DNA of 64,000 nt from Hamiltosporidium tvaerminnensis FI-OER-3-3 (lineage: Eukaryota; Fungi; Microsporidia): NCBI GenBank assembly GCA_022605425.2, contig CM061247.1, positions 1,550,001 through 1,614,000 of the forward strand, given 5' to 3'. The translations under genes were made by a program, and so were the position numbers. Positions 1 to 13,754 of this stretch are shown here, piece after piece; position 1 is the first letter of the stretch, and each line of letters opens with the position of its first letter. Below the pieces are notes generated by a model, which ran no database searches, had not been told where the DNA came from, and saw only the letters and a program-made list of their open reading frames with translations.

Positions 1-1335
1 GCCTGTAGTTAAAAAAAGGTATAACTAAGCCGCAAAAAGAAGAAACATTTTTAATGGATTAAATTCAAGAAAATTATATCATGTTTTTTTTGAAAATTTA
101 AAAAAAACCCAAATTTCGTGTTGAAATACTCTGATTTGAGGAGGCAGATTTCTTACTAACAGAAGATATGACGCTGAAGTATTTGCAGAGAACAGGATAA
201 TCTCAAATCGGGATGATAACAGACTTTCTACCCGGCCCTATTTGACCTTGAAATGATTTACAAAATGGGGAATAAGAGGCGAAAATATGGCTTTGTGCCA
301 TTAGAGGACTTTTAAAAAAATAAGAAATTTCTACCAAAAGAACAGCAATCGGAAATAGAAAAAATGATAGTAAAACATGCCTTGCATAAAAAAATGCTTT
401 ATAAAATAAAAGTACGCGAGGCAATCATGGGTTAAATTTTAGATAGAAATCTTCTTGTCTATTTATATAGCAAAAAAAATATAGAAAACAGTATTTAAGG
501 CATAGAATAGTATAAATAATGGGTGAAAAGTAGAAACTATTACTTAGTTATATTTAGAAAAGAGAATATGCGTTTCTTATCTAGTGTGAATGTTTTATAT
601 TTAAACAAAAAAGTGTTAAATTCGTATAAACTCGAGGGAAATCAGTAGATCAATTAAAAAAAAATGAAAAAATGTTGAATTCTGAGGATACTTTCGTCAT
701 TACAAGATTTATAAAAATCTAATATCTTAAACATATATATTTTCTGGCTTAAAAACAATTGAGAATCATTTGGTTCAAGAAATTCTATAAAACGAATAGC
801 GTCAATTATAGTAGAAACCAACACAAAGATTGCTGTTCGGTTAATATCAGTAGACCTAACATGTTTATTCTTGATAGAAATAAACTTATTGTACAAATCG
901 AGGGCTAATTACACAACAGGATTTGCTTAAAAGTGCGAATAAAAAAAAATCAAAGAAATAAGATATAGTAATTATGAATTTGATCTTGTTATAATCCTGG
1001 TTTATATTAATTCCAGATGAAATCCTCTGGTTTTTTCGGCAATGTATCACTAAATGTGCCTTACTAAATCTCTATGCCTATATAAAGTCGCTAGTGCTCG
1101 ATTGACGTGTAAATTTTTTTTTTCCTGACGAGTAGATTTTATCACAGTCGTAATGCATGTGAAAGGCCGCAGAAAGACAAAACTGTATGGTATTCAAAAA
1201 CCGAAAGACAGGACCAATCTTTACTCACGGTACAAATAACCCCTATTGATGATGAGTTTTTATCAAAAACCACTGAAATTAATGAACCTAAAAGTATAAT
1301 AAACAAGTAAAATCAACTCTATACTCAAGAGATAT

Positions 1336-1772
1336 TTAAAAATATCACATCTTTTTACAATAGTGGCAAGTGTTATATTTGTTTTTATGACATTAACGCA
1401 GTTCTAGGTTTAACATAAATAACTGCTACCCCAACACTCCATCGGTAACCCCTGCGATACCTACGTCCCAAAGCCTTTCATCTACCAGGTGTGTAGAACC
1501 TAATTTAATAGGCGAGGCAGTTGCCCGGAGTTCGTTAATGTCTGTTGCATGGAGTGTGATCGAAGGCCGAAGCCCCCCCCTGGGCTCCCCCAAGACTATG
1601 CAGCATTCCCACTTACTCTACACTTTCTGAACCCAATAAACTTCTAGCTAAGATATATTTCAGAGACTTACATGGGGTCCACACAGTGCAATGTCATACC
1701 AACAGGTATAACCTGCTACTTAGCTTTGTCGGCTTTTAATGGATTTTATTTTTATATCTCCCAGGCGCTAAG
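1336..1772 (-). mobile_element. Retroposed GC-rich structured non-coding module, copy A, with 12-bp TSD
   Basis: Flanked by exact direct repeat CTCAAGAGATAT (1324-1335, 1773-1784). Reverse complement aligns with 35015-35450, 17008-17400 and 54460-54890 (CTTAGCGCCTGG in A/B/C, CTAAGTAGCAGGTTAT in A/B/D, ACACTTGCCACT in A/B). No ORF or TIR. Confidence 0.85.
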
Positions 1773-2399
1773 CTCAAGAGATATAATAATAATTAAATAT
1801 AATGAATGTCATAAATAGGAATCGAGAAAGAGGTAGAATAAAATAATAAAAAAACAAGGCAATAAAGGAATCATGAATTCAATAAACTGCATTAATATTA
1901 TAAGGTTATTTTGCAGAATATATCGCAGCGTCATATATTCTTAAGAAAGATAATGGGGCAAATTAGTAAGATTAAAAAGCCATATATGAGAATAAAATTG
2001 ATATTTAAGAATAAATTTTTGTGCATATCGAATCGCGTTCAGGATCTATTATAATAACTAAGAATATTTTCAAAATAAAATATTTACAGATTAATTAATC
2101 ATAGCATAACCGAAGCCAATTTACTCTATTTGAACTAAATATTTAGTTCAAATCTTTTAACTACTGAATTTAACTTAATTTTGTTTGTTCAATAAGGCTA
2201 CGAAATTATTCAATATATTAGTAGGCTCTTTAAGTATAAATGTTCGATTTTTTGATAAATATAACATATAATTAGAAGATTTTTTATTTAATTGATTTCT
2301 AGATAATTGATTTTCTTTTTTTTAATAATTTCTCGTAGAATTTAAAGAAATTCCTCATTTTTTTCTAAATTTGCTTCTTAATTATGGTAAATTTATGGT

Positions 2400-3205
2400 T
2401 TTCACAGTGTTTACCCATATAAATGGCGTATAAATATATATTGTATTTACATATGCCACCAGCTTCCTACTGAATCGCTAGTCGTAACATGGCTTTGGTC
2501 TTCGTGTATCACAGAAATTTTCATGACATAAATCGAAGTTCCAAACAGCCATCTTCCGCATTTACACCTGAATCAGGTCGTTTCGCCTAGCAAAGAAAAT
2601 TGCTTAGACTTTGTTTAGAACTTTTTTCCGAATGTATTCTTTTACATTTATAGGGTCTTCGCAGTATTTTGATATATGATTGATTATTTTTTGTTATAAA
2701 ACCGTCCCAGGTCATCACATAAGAGATATTATTAACACCACATTTATAAATCAATCTAACTCATAGGCTAACAGATCATAATTTCTAAGCTTTTCGGTTT
2801 CAACTTTTCGAACTGCAGCTTGTAAAGTGTCCCTACTTCATTGAGTGTTAACTTCTCTTTACTCTTATCTAAAGTAAATATGCTGAGTCTATTATTCCGA
2901 ATTTATACCTAAGGTTTTATTCTGGTGACTACTTCTATCTCGGCATGCACGTTTTCAAGAATTTCTAGAGCTAACTGACTCCTAATTTGTTTTGATGGCT
3001 AAAACTTGTGTTTATTAAAAAGACTATTTAAATATATTCAATCACTTCATTATGTCGTCTGCTATAACTCTATCCGTATGCTTCCTAACACCGGGGAGAT
3101 AAATGACCCATTTTTTTAGCAGATTTATTACAGGGTTGTTACATACCATCTGCTTACCGGAGTAAATTTATATCCTGTATATAGTAGAACACTGCTTTAT
3201 CTGTT
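2400..3205 (-). mobile_element. Degenerate 3' fragment of the R4/Dong-like RLE non-LTR element
   Basis: Similar to 19600-20260, e.g. ACCGTCCCAGGTCATCACATAAG at 2701 (YVMTWDG), CTACTTCATTGAGTGTTA and CACTTCATTATGTCGTCT (RRHNEV); many stops. Boundaries approximate. Confidence 0.8.
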
Positions 3206-3359
3206 TATATAGATACAATAAAATATTAAAGAAAAAATTCGTAACAAAAATAAAACTTTATTTTGATTTAAATACTTAAATCTGTGAATTTTTAAATCCA
3301 AAAAAAGAGAAATAATCATCAAGAATGAATTTAAAAAGAAAATAATAAATTTTCATTTT

Positions 3360-4903
3360 TTAAAAAATTTGTTCACCTTTTTTGAATTTTATTACTCCTA
3401 ATTCTCTATGATTTTTCTGAAAGAAACAAACGCATGAACAAACTCATAGGTATCGTTAACAATTCCATGGAAACTATCGTTTTCAATTGGTTTGTTAGTA
3501 TGGTATCCTTGTGCTAATGCATAAAATCTTGGCTTTAACTCCATAAATTTTTCTGCCAAAATTTTCAATGTAATTTATTATCCCTTTCGCCATACTTAGC
3601 ATCAAATGGTTGAAAATAATAGCAAATTATTTTAGAAATGAAATGATCTGATAATTTTCTTGATCTCGATTTAAGATGTTTATGGAAATTCGATGTGCCT
3701 GTGCCGTTATTTTTATCCTCTTGAAGTAATGTATAGATCTCATTGATATCAGATTCATCGAAGCGAAACATTATGTCGAGTAAATATGAGTTATCTTCTT
3801 TAAAAAAAATATTTTCACTGGCACAAGATGTTTTAGCAAAAATGTCTTCTAGCCATTTTTTTGCGGCTGAAAATAATTCTAAATGTTTTTTAAAAACTTC
3901 AGATGCATTTGAAAATACTTCTTGAATATTTTAATTATAAACTTTAAACTGGTATATAAAACTAAATTTGTTTCATTTCAATATCAAAATCGATATTTTT
4001 TGGATTAGTAGATGTAAAAGAATTTAGATTTCGTTCAATCTCATATTCTGATTTAGTTATAATACTTTTTACCAACTTTAAAGCAAATAAAACTCTAATA
4101 TGGCTCTTATCGGATGTATAGATTATATCGGTGAGTATGAATTGATTCACATATTATTAAATAAACAAGAGAAGGTACTTTTGAAAGTATATTACTTTTC
4201 TTAACTAAAATATTAATATCTTGCAAAATTTTACTGAAGATCCGCTCACATTCTTGTATTTTTCCTTGACTAAACCCTATATATTTTTCTTTAATGTCAT
4301 TTAATGTACTAAACACTGAAAAATATTTCTCATAGTATCCTGGTTGAAGGACATCATCAACTAATGCTTCACTCTTTAATATATTTTCTAATTCACTTAT
4401 TCCTTGATTTTGTAAGAGTATAGGCATTTATTCTAGAAAAAAATTAACATATAATGGCTCTAAGGCATCCTCAAGAGACTTGACTTTGTTTTTTGAAGAA
4501 TTTTTAGAAACAAGCCTTATTTTCGATCTCGAATTGATATTTTTTAAATAATAATATCGTTTGTATTATGTGGAGAATATGATCCATCGAACTCTGATGT
4601 GTAAATTAAACGTTTTTTACCTTCTCTTTTTTGAGGCTTTTTTCTCTTATGTCTAAGATTATATGAGTGTGTTCTCGACGTAGATGGTACTTCTTCGCTC
4701 ACATGAACAGTTGTTCCGTGCGTGGAAATATCTGAACTACTTGATGCACCATTTCTACTACAATATATTCCTCTTTGTTCGTCTTTTGGTAAATCTGAAA
4801 TACTTTTAGATTTATCCCGCAATTTATTTGAAGACTTGCAAGTTAGAAACAACAAAACAACCAGACCAAAATTCTCGGTATACACAAATCCTTGAAAATA
4901 CAT
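3360..4903 (-). pseudogene. Fragmented lineage-specific, probably secreted protein gene
   Basis: Four consecutive same-strand ORFs (4544-4975, 4107-4427, 3962-4150, 3565-3771). Hydrophobic MYFQGFVYTENFGLVVLLFLTCKS from ATG 4903, then a basic patch (RHKRKKPQKR). Breaks may be decay or assembly errors. Confidence 0.5.
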
Positions 4904-6829
4904 ATGGCTTTTTTTCTTTTTTTTTTCTGCATACTTTTTAAAAAAATTTACATTTATAGTAAATTGAAAAATCAAAACAATTTTTTATTCTCTAAATTTG
5001 TCAAATTATGAAGGATATTTTTTTTTTAAAAAAAATATTTTTTTGATTATATTTTGTAGTTAAATCAATTGTTTAAAAAAATAAATTCTTGTGTAATAGC
5101 CGGTTTGTTTTATGTTTTCTAGAATATAAATACCTTTTCTTTCGTATTTTATTTTTTATACTACTTCATATGAGTTTTATTTTATCTTTGCTAGTGCTAT
5201 TTTATTTTATATAAAATTTGCAAAACAAAACATAAAATTAAGCTTTTCTTTTATCTTACACCACTAATAATATTAGAAACACTTAGTGCATTGTGTAAAT
5301 AATTTTAATTTTACGCGTCATATTCATACATTTAAATGTTAATATATAGTATGTTATTTACCTTGATTATAATAAACTTTGAAAGTAATTGTAAAAAAGC
5401 GGGTACACATTTTCATAATAGCTATCGCTCAAATATATGACCTCGTATATCTTAAAACATAGCTTCGTATATAAATTTTCGATTTTTCAATGCGTGACTA
5501 TTAAGAGTTGGTACAAGGTATTTTTACCTCGTAACATCAATGTTAAAACTTGGCAGCTTGTTAAAATACATCATTGCAGGTTATCAAGTTAAGACTTTAT
5601 ACGAAATGTCATGTATTTGCTCCCGCTTAAATTCAATCCTTATTATTCCAAGTTTGAAATTAATTATCGATTATATAATATAAATCAAGATTTTTTTTTC
5701 GGATTCATTTAAAAACATATTTTATTAAAGTATTTCATGATTTACATAAAAATTTATATGTGTCGGGTAATAGAAAGATAGAACTTTATTCAGATTCGTA
5801 TTTCAATTTCCCTCAGTCAAAATCTGCTAAGCTATGATAATGACTTGAACTTGCATTACTTCATAATTTTAGTCTTATTTATACCATATTTTAAAAAAAT
5901 GACGATTTTTTTATTTTTTTCTGTTTTTCAATTATTTTATTATACTCTATTTTAGAACTGCATAAATTAAAGTAAAAATTATGGCAATATAAATAACGCA
6001 AAAGGGAAAAGTAAGTAAAGACTATTTCGTTCTTTTAATTTGTATTTTTTTAAAATATGTCTTAATGAAGAGGCATAAAAGCACCAAAAACTAGCTACGT
6101 AGTTATTTTTAACTGAGACTTTAAGAAATTATATTTTGAATTTTTGGATTAAACGAAATCATACTACATTTACAATTGTGGCATAGGAATTTGTATGTAG
6201 AAACACGTGTCTTAAGAATTGTAAGAAATTCTTACGGAGTAAGTTTGGAGTTTCCCATGCAACTATATTAGAAATTACGGCTGAATTTATAGCCGATTGC
6301 GATGTAAAAGTATGGAAACTCGGGATTGCTTACGTGGTGAGAAGACTATGCCAAAGTGGCACTGAAATTGATATAGTCTATAAAAACCCAACTTTCAAGT
6401 AGCAAGCTATACAGAATGGTATTTCATCGTACTGTCTTGGTGCATCTCATATAAGCCGCCAAATATATCTTGGCTAAAAGTCTATTCGATTCGAATTTTG
6501 TAGAGAAGTGATAATGCTGCTGGTCTTGAGGAAGATGAGCAGGGGTTATTTTTACTAAAATACGGAATAACAACTAATATAAACGACTAAAAACGACTTC
6601 CTTACTCATTTAATGAGTCTTGGCCATATTTTGCCTAAAACCTTGCATTGCAGGTATGCAAGGGATACGATGAAGTGTTAGAGAACGAATATATAAATCG
6701 GCTATAACCGTCTCAATATCATGAAAAAAAATAAAAATGCTAATATTAAAGAGAAATCAATCGTTTCTCAAATAAATATTAAAAAAAATTACTTTTTATG
6801 ATTTTTAGACTATTAGTAGTACCAAATGA

Positions 6830-7330
6830 CCCTACGAATTTAAAGAGCTTCTCTATCTTTCTCTATCCTGCGCTTTTTCATTTTATTGGCTTGGAGTAAA
6901 TGTTATCAGATCTTTTTATACAGCATATATTCATCCTTTCCATAGTCCAACCTTTGTTTTTTTCATTGGGTTATTACATATAGACTTGGTTTGCCCCACA
7001 ATCGGGGTACATTCGTTTAACTGCCCTAGCCATCTTAATTTTCCTCTTTCCATTTCAGTTACAAATTTCTTCATAATAAAGATCATAAATTTCTTATTTA
7101 GTTCGAATTTTTCGCTCATTTTTTATCGTTTTTACTCATATATTCTGCGATGTAGCTTATTTCCGACTTTTCTAAAAATATTTCATCTCTTGTTGTCATG
7201 ACCCAAGTCTCAGATTCATACATTACAAAAGAGCTTTTGATTGTCCTGTATATATTGTTTTTGTATTCTTACCATATATCTTGATTTGATCAACGTTACA
7301 TCGCAAAGTAAACAGTGTGTTGGACTGGTT
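6830..7330 (-). mobile_element. Degenerate 3' part of an RTE-clade LINE
   Basis: Minus-strand translation gives VMYESETWVMTTRDE (RTE LLYGSETW motif), KLRWLGQ (RLRWxGH) and AQDRE (AQDRxxWR) in the expected order. Confidence 0.7.
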
Positions 7331-8329
7331 ATCTTTATTCTTTCAAAATTGTATTTTAATTTTTATTCAAGAACATATAGGAAAAATATATATTAAGGAA
7401 GAATAGGAAATTGGTGAATTAATAGGAATTTAGGAAAAAAAATCAAAAATCTACAAAAAGATTTTCATTCTTTTTTAATTATTCTTGATCATAGATATCC
7501 ATGATGTGGTTATAATAAAAAACATTTTTCCTTTATCTCGAACCGTTTTTTCCGCCAAATTTGCTCAAAAATATGCTAGGATCTTATATGATTGATAATG
7601 TGTGAATATCTTTTAGTTCTATATCGCCCAGATATCAGATTAAATGGCGAGCGTAATAGGGAATAAACAGCATTATATGTGACACTATGTATTATAGCGA
7701 TATTTTAAAACCAATAATGTGCTGATTTAAGACAATGTTGAAGTCATGTTCTTAAGTTTATGTTAATGTAATCGATCTAAGATAATATTGGATAATATTG
7801 TGCCTAAACTTATCTAAAGAAGCTTATGAAAGTCCTGTTAATCATATTCAGATTTCCAAATATAGGTTCAACGATAAAAGATAATTGCAACTTTTTGTAT
7901 AAGAAAGTGAACCAGACTCAAAATCAAACGCAAAGAACCTAAGATAATGAAATATTAAATTTCATATTGCTAGCAAGAAATATACAGTATTTATGTTTTT
8001 TTTAAATGATGTTTAAAAATCTGGGAGTTTCGTAAGGCAACCAGACGCAGAATATTTCAAACGTAATGATATTTTTATAAGCAAAGACTGCGATTTCATG
8101 TACTATTTTTATAAGGAAATGGATTTAAAAGTTAAAATGATACGATTACAAAGACAGATAACCAATAATAGACCATTTTATATTTAAATAATAAATCAAT
8201 TATGAATTTCGATATTATAATGTAGAAAAAATCTGAAGATTTTAAGTTTTATAATACTGATTTGTTCACGTTCCGTATAATTTAGGTAAAATAATGATTA
8301 AAACCCATGTAGATCATAAAAAAACAGTA

Positions 8330-8720
8330 AAATTCAAATATTTGATAATATATTAGGCGTTACTACATTTTTACATTCTATTTGTAAGTTCACACTGTTA
8401 TAAAAGAAGTAAAAGCTGCTTTGGTATTCACTTATGGTTTTAATGTATTAAAAAAGCATTGGAAGTAATTTACCAAATTTAAACGTAATATACGATAGAA
8501 TTTCTGATGAATCGACGAAGGTTTTATATATAAGCGATCGTAACATGCTTATAAATTCTAAGATGATGAGTTCATATACAAAAATATGATGGTGCTTGGT
8601 ACATGACCCTTTTGAAGTCACACCCTTTTTATTAAATTCTCAATCATACTTTTACTTTCAATGTAATTAATTCACCTTCAAGCTATAGGATGTATTTGTC
8701 TTTTTGTTCCAAAATATATA
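8330..8720 (-). mobile_element. Highly eroded RLE non-LTR relic
   Basis: Weak similarity to the GHDYTRRH / SKRI region of the R4-like family (GGTCATGTACCAAGCACCAT on minus strand). Confidence 0.3.
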
Positions 8721-9627
8721 CAATCAAATTTTAAAATCTTAATTACAGGATTGTTTTTCATTAAATCATAAAGCGATATATTTCAAGAAAAATCAAAAGA
8801 AAATTTTGCTCGTTTTCTTGTTTACACTTTGCAAATAACTAGAACGATAAAAACTAAAAGTATTTTTTCAATTTCTAAAAGTTTATTTCCTGTATTATTG
8901 TTTTTGTATCCATTTAAAAAACACACGCCAATATTATTATTTTCCATTATAATCTGAAATCTTTATTGTATCTATTTTTGGTTAATACATAAACATCAAA
9001 TAAAATATACTATTTTTTCATTGAAGGAGTCAGACTTTTGCTTATTTTATCAAACTTGCTTACAGATAAATTAAAATTTGATTTAAAAAAATAAACTATA
9101 ATGCTACTTTTTTTACCGCTGAATTTAGTTTTACTTGAAATGTATAATAGTGTTTAATAATTGATTTAATAAAAAAAAATGTAATCGTTAGAATATTTTT
9201 TAGTAATCATTTATTTTTTATAAATGCATTCGTATTAAGAGTCTTATTGAATTTCTAAATATTTATTGAACAAAAGTTACATTGGGCAAATATATAAATT
9301 TTTCAAATTTTTTTATTTATAAATTTCTTTTGTTTGCTATTATTGTCGACGGAATTAGAAAAACCTAAAACGAAAAGTATTTAAATTTTGAATCTTCTTT
9401 ATTTTCTTTCGTAAAACTAGTATTAAACTGTCATTTAGCAAATATGAATTTTTTAGTCTAGCCTCATTTAACGTCTAAAAATAATCTATCAAAAGAAGTC
9501 TCAAAGTTTTACAAACAACAGTAGAATTTATATCTTGAATAATTGAAGAAATTTTAGCTAGAAATTTAGATTTATGTGTTTTTAAGTTTTGTTTTTAGAA
9601 ATAAATAATATTTAGTTGTATCTAAAG

Positions 9628-9841
9628 CATAGTCTCTTAACCGTGGGTATGAGAAAATATTTTTTGGAGTGCAACAGAAACCACTGTCAAAAGCTTAAGC
9701 CCAAACAGAAATTTTTATTATGGTTTTTTTAACAAAATAAAACAATTAATTTGCAAAAAATCGAAACACTTTGTCATTGTAGGTACGGAGACCAATTTGG
9801 ATTTAAAGAGGTTTGGCTCATAAAAAGGTTAAGAACCACTG
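9628..9841. mobile_element. hAT (Charlie/Buster-like) MITE, 214 bp
   Basis: 8-bp TSD ATCTAAAG at 9620-9627 and 9842-9849. Right end GGTTAAGAACCACTG (reverse complement CAGTGGTTCTTAACC); degenerate left end CATAGTCTCTTAACC. An 8-bp TSD with central TA and CAG-starting TIRs is typical of this hAT group. Confidence 0.8.
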
Positions 9842-12479
9842 ATCTAAAGTTTTAATGATCATAATAAAAAAATTTGTCATATGGAATATAATAAAGACTA
9901 ATAACAACGTTTATAATGTGAATAGCTGTAAAAATGTAGTGAAATAGAGAGATAACTCGTCGGAATTTTTTTATTACCTTTCACACTCAAAACCACAATA
10001 TTTTTGGTCAACCAACGTATTTATGAATCAAAATGAGCTTACATTACATCTTCGTCTAATTTATCCTGCTCTTTCTATAGTAGTTTCCTTGTATGTATGG
10101 TCGCAAGAAGGGACAAACGCCTGTGATCTGATCATTCCAGCAAGAACCAGATAATGGAAATGAAAAAAATAATATGTCTGTAAAAACAGGCTAGCATATA
10201 TTACCTTCGTTTTTTTTTAGTACAACATAGATTAGAAGAATGTTCTGACCAAGTTCTACATAATTTTATTGATATTACAAAGAAAAATTACTAAAGTTGG
10301 AAATCTCGATGTGTAGAATTTTTGGCACTTAACTATTTGGAAAGAGAAATAATTTAACAAAGATGAAGAGGTTATGTCATCTCTTGTCTAATCGAGAAGT
10401 TCCTTGATTGTTTCTAACAGTAAAGAACCTTAAGATGACAGTTGCGTAAATAATCAAGCTATCTGAGACAAACTATAAATTTAATATAGAATTGTAAATT
10501 CATAAAAGGTTCTTAGATAATAAAGTTTTGAGATAATTAATAGAAAGATAGTAAATACAAGAAATATAATTGATTGAGTTTATTTTAGACACTTTACGCT
10601 TCAGAAAAAGCCACATTATGTTCCGAGCAAAGCATTAAATATTTAACTGTTTTAGTTTACTTAGAAAAAAACATAAAAGGTAAAAATTGCCCGTTACCTT
10701 CCCCAAAGGTCTTTCAGTGAAGATACATAGCCAAAAAGCCCTCAATATGCTAAAATCGAGTCTATCAAGACATTTTTAGCGACAATTAACTTTTACTTAA
10801 CCATAATTTTTTTTCAGAAGCTCTAAAAGAAGAGTAAGTCTTTGAAAGTCTCAACAGAAACATAAAATTTATAACATTAGAAAAATATTACGAAAATTGA
10901 ATCATATATTTTAAATTTTTTGTTCCTTTTTATATGTGATTATTTACAGTTTTAAACCAAGCAAATGGCTCGGCCTAAGAAATTTTAAGTTTTTAAGCCT
11001 GAATTTAAAAATATATAACGTGAAAAATCCGAGTTAATGAGCATTTCGTACAATTATAGGGTATGATACCAAACAAAGTTTTACTCATGATGATTATATA
11101 TATTTTAGGTGGGATTCTACAAATATGCTGGCTGAATCAGGTTTTTGCAATTTCATCAGGACTTACAATAATTATTCACATATATTTTATAATAGCTTAT
11201 AAATTCTTTATAAGAAGCAACAAAGCGAATTGTTTAATTTGGTGTAAATATTTAACCTTAAAAGATATCAAAAAGAGGTTCTTAGTGCAAGAAAAGGCTA
11301 TTAATTAATAGATATAACTATAAAAAAATTTATAACAAAGTCGTTAAAATCTCAATGTAATTATAATAATTGCGTTATGATAAATCTATTAGAGAATAGG
11401 GTAAATGCAAGAAGTTAAAGAGATGCATCTATAAACTCTGGTGAAATAGAAATTAGCAAATCAATCACATGACCATGTGTATTGATTTTTAAGGGCTATA
11501 ATTTCAAATTATAACATGCTAATTAAATTTAATGAAAAAAAATAATCGATATAATTGATTCCTGAATTTCAATTAGCATCAAAAATAGAATAAATTTTAT
11601 AGCAGACAATTTATCAATCACAAATATAAATTTTGTACAAATATGCTGCAAGAATACTATTTTGTTCCATTTTTGTGTTATATATAGATGTTAGATGTTA
11701 GGCTGCAACCTATGAGAAATATAAAGTTCAAAAACACATGGAAAGACTTGTTCTTACTCTACAATACCTTCTGTTTTATGGTAGAATTAGCCTCTCGTAG
11801 GCATTAAAGCTACTGTGGCTTTAATTATCACCGAGTTACAATCTTTCTTCTGAAAAATGGAGCCTGTAAATAACATATGAAAACCCTATAATTAAATCTT
11901 CGTCGAAGAAAATTTTACTCTCCTACAAAGATTGCTCTCAGCAGGTTCAAAGAAATTCGAATGGAAAAATAGATCTAACACATTGTTTATCTATTTAATA
12001 AAAGGCACTCTTATAATGAGGTTTGAAAGAATTTCTCAACTAAATTAAATAAATCAAATATTTAATAGAATAATAAACCTACGATGTCTTTAATCCACTA
12101 TAATAAGAGTGTAATTCTGCTCGACTATGCTGATCTACCGTGGTAGATGAAGCGTATCGAGTACTGTTGATATGAAATAAGATACTCCTAAAAGAATAGT
12201 TAAAGAGAGTCTCTATTTTCCTAAATATAAGCCTGAGTATGCTATTATACTGTAAATAAGAAAAAATTTTATGCCTGCTACTTTTTGGATCTACATTGAG
12301 ATAATAAAGAAACGTCTGCTACATGTGAAAACAGCCTCGAAGTAAAAAATGCTAATAAGCCACAACCTGCACTAATATAAAGCTTTATATAGATAGAATA
12401 AAGATTAGAAGAACGAATAAAAGAGAGCGCTTAATAAAAATTATCCGGCATATTTATATAAAGAAATAAAGAATATACA

Positions 12480-13130
12480 AAAACATAATAAGACAAGGTT
12501 ATACATTCCAGAACTAATTGTTGGTAAATGTAATAATAAGACTTGAATAATGTAAGAAAAAAACATCAAACCATAGACTAGGGCTCCCTGGTAGATTCAA
12601 GATATAAACTTTTGTTGATACAGGAGAAAATTCCAAAGGTATGAAACATGAGAAATAAATGGTGCCATTGGCAACCAAGTTTGAAAAACGTCACAAGCAT
12701 GTTTTTATTATACTATATAGAGAATTTGTTCTTCTACATCCACATCGACATCTTCTAAATAAAAAAATCAGGACTGACAAATTAGAAGTCACACTGTTCA
12801 AGAATGTTCTGAAGAGCAATTTAGATTCATGGGTAGAGATGGTAAAAGAACTATTAACTAAATTTGATACGATTACAAAATATATTTATTTTGGATTAAA
12901 ACACAAGAAATGTTAAGTTAATTGAACTCGAGACTACACAAGTAAACCTGGTTTAAACTTGCAGAAAAAAATCCGAGGTATGGCTATTACTTGGTGCATG
13001 CTATCTTTTGTATGAATATAGAATATTTAATTCTTTATAAAACAATTTTTGAGGTATTGGGTATTGGATATAAATAAAATGTACTATGAGAACCTTTAGA
13101 TATCTGTTATAACAATAGTATATATTTGGT
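12480..13130 (+). mobile_element. Eroded, divergent R4-like RLE relic
   Basis: AGGTTATACATTCCAGA (RLYIP-like), CCATTGGCAACCAAGTTTGAAAAA (cf. HLATRCEK) and later endonuclease-region similarity, collinear with the family. Confidence 0.4.
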
Positions 13131-13754
13131 TTATATTGCAAAGAAAAACGTCGGAACCTATTTTTTAATTGATGGAGAGGTTCGCATTTATATCAAACGC
13201 TATAGAAAACTCGAAAAGTGCACCACTAAATCTTATCAAAGTATCCAAGATAGAAGATAACCAATACCACCTAATAAACATACTTTTAAACAAGAAAGAA
13301 GGTCTATTGCAAACAAATTCAAAATTAATTAACTGTAAAATCAGTATAAAATAGTTAAAATCAAAGCATTGCCTCAAACATACAAGCAAAGTCAAATATA
13401 AAAATTTTCTAAATAATACAAGCAAATTATTTGGAATAAAACAAATAAAACAAGAAATAAACAGAAAACAAGTAAAATCAAACTATATTATTTTCCAAAA
13501 ACATAAAAGTTGTAAGGATAATACTCGAATTGATATAAATTTGTGTAAACATTGCAAAAACTCCTTTATTTCACGTTTTAAAATAAAAATTGTTTCGATT
13601 GTCATTATAGGATATTTTCTTTGTCTCTACAAATTTTTTGAAAGACTTTTTATTTTTTAACAGATTAAATATTAATTAATTTACAATCGTGTAAACGGTT
13701 CATTTTGATTAAATTAAATATTTTATAAATTTTTTTTTTCCTAAATTCAAGTGA

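Noticed and set aside
1124-1230. CTGACGA..GAAA as a hammerhead ribozyme
   Set aside because: Stems I-III could not be formed; only a weak inverted repeat (GAGTAGATT / AATCTTTACTC).
1395-1430. Loop TAAACCTAG as a telomerase RNA template
   Set aside because: Does not give 1.5 copies of a TTAGG/TTAGGG repeat, and the element is multi-copy with a TSD.
1645-1680. TAAGATATA and TTCAGAGACT resemble group I intron S and R elements
   Set aside because: Wrong order, no P/Q elements, and on the strand opposite the UUCG hairpin.
6230-6720. Possible 5' end of an RTE LINE
   Set aside because: Slightly GC-rich, but no motif could be matched convincingly.
11790-12330. Possible CRE-like RT relic
   Set aside because: Too eroded to support without a profile search.
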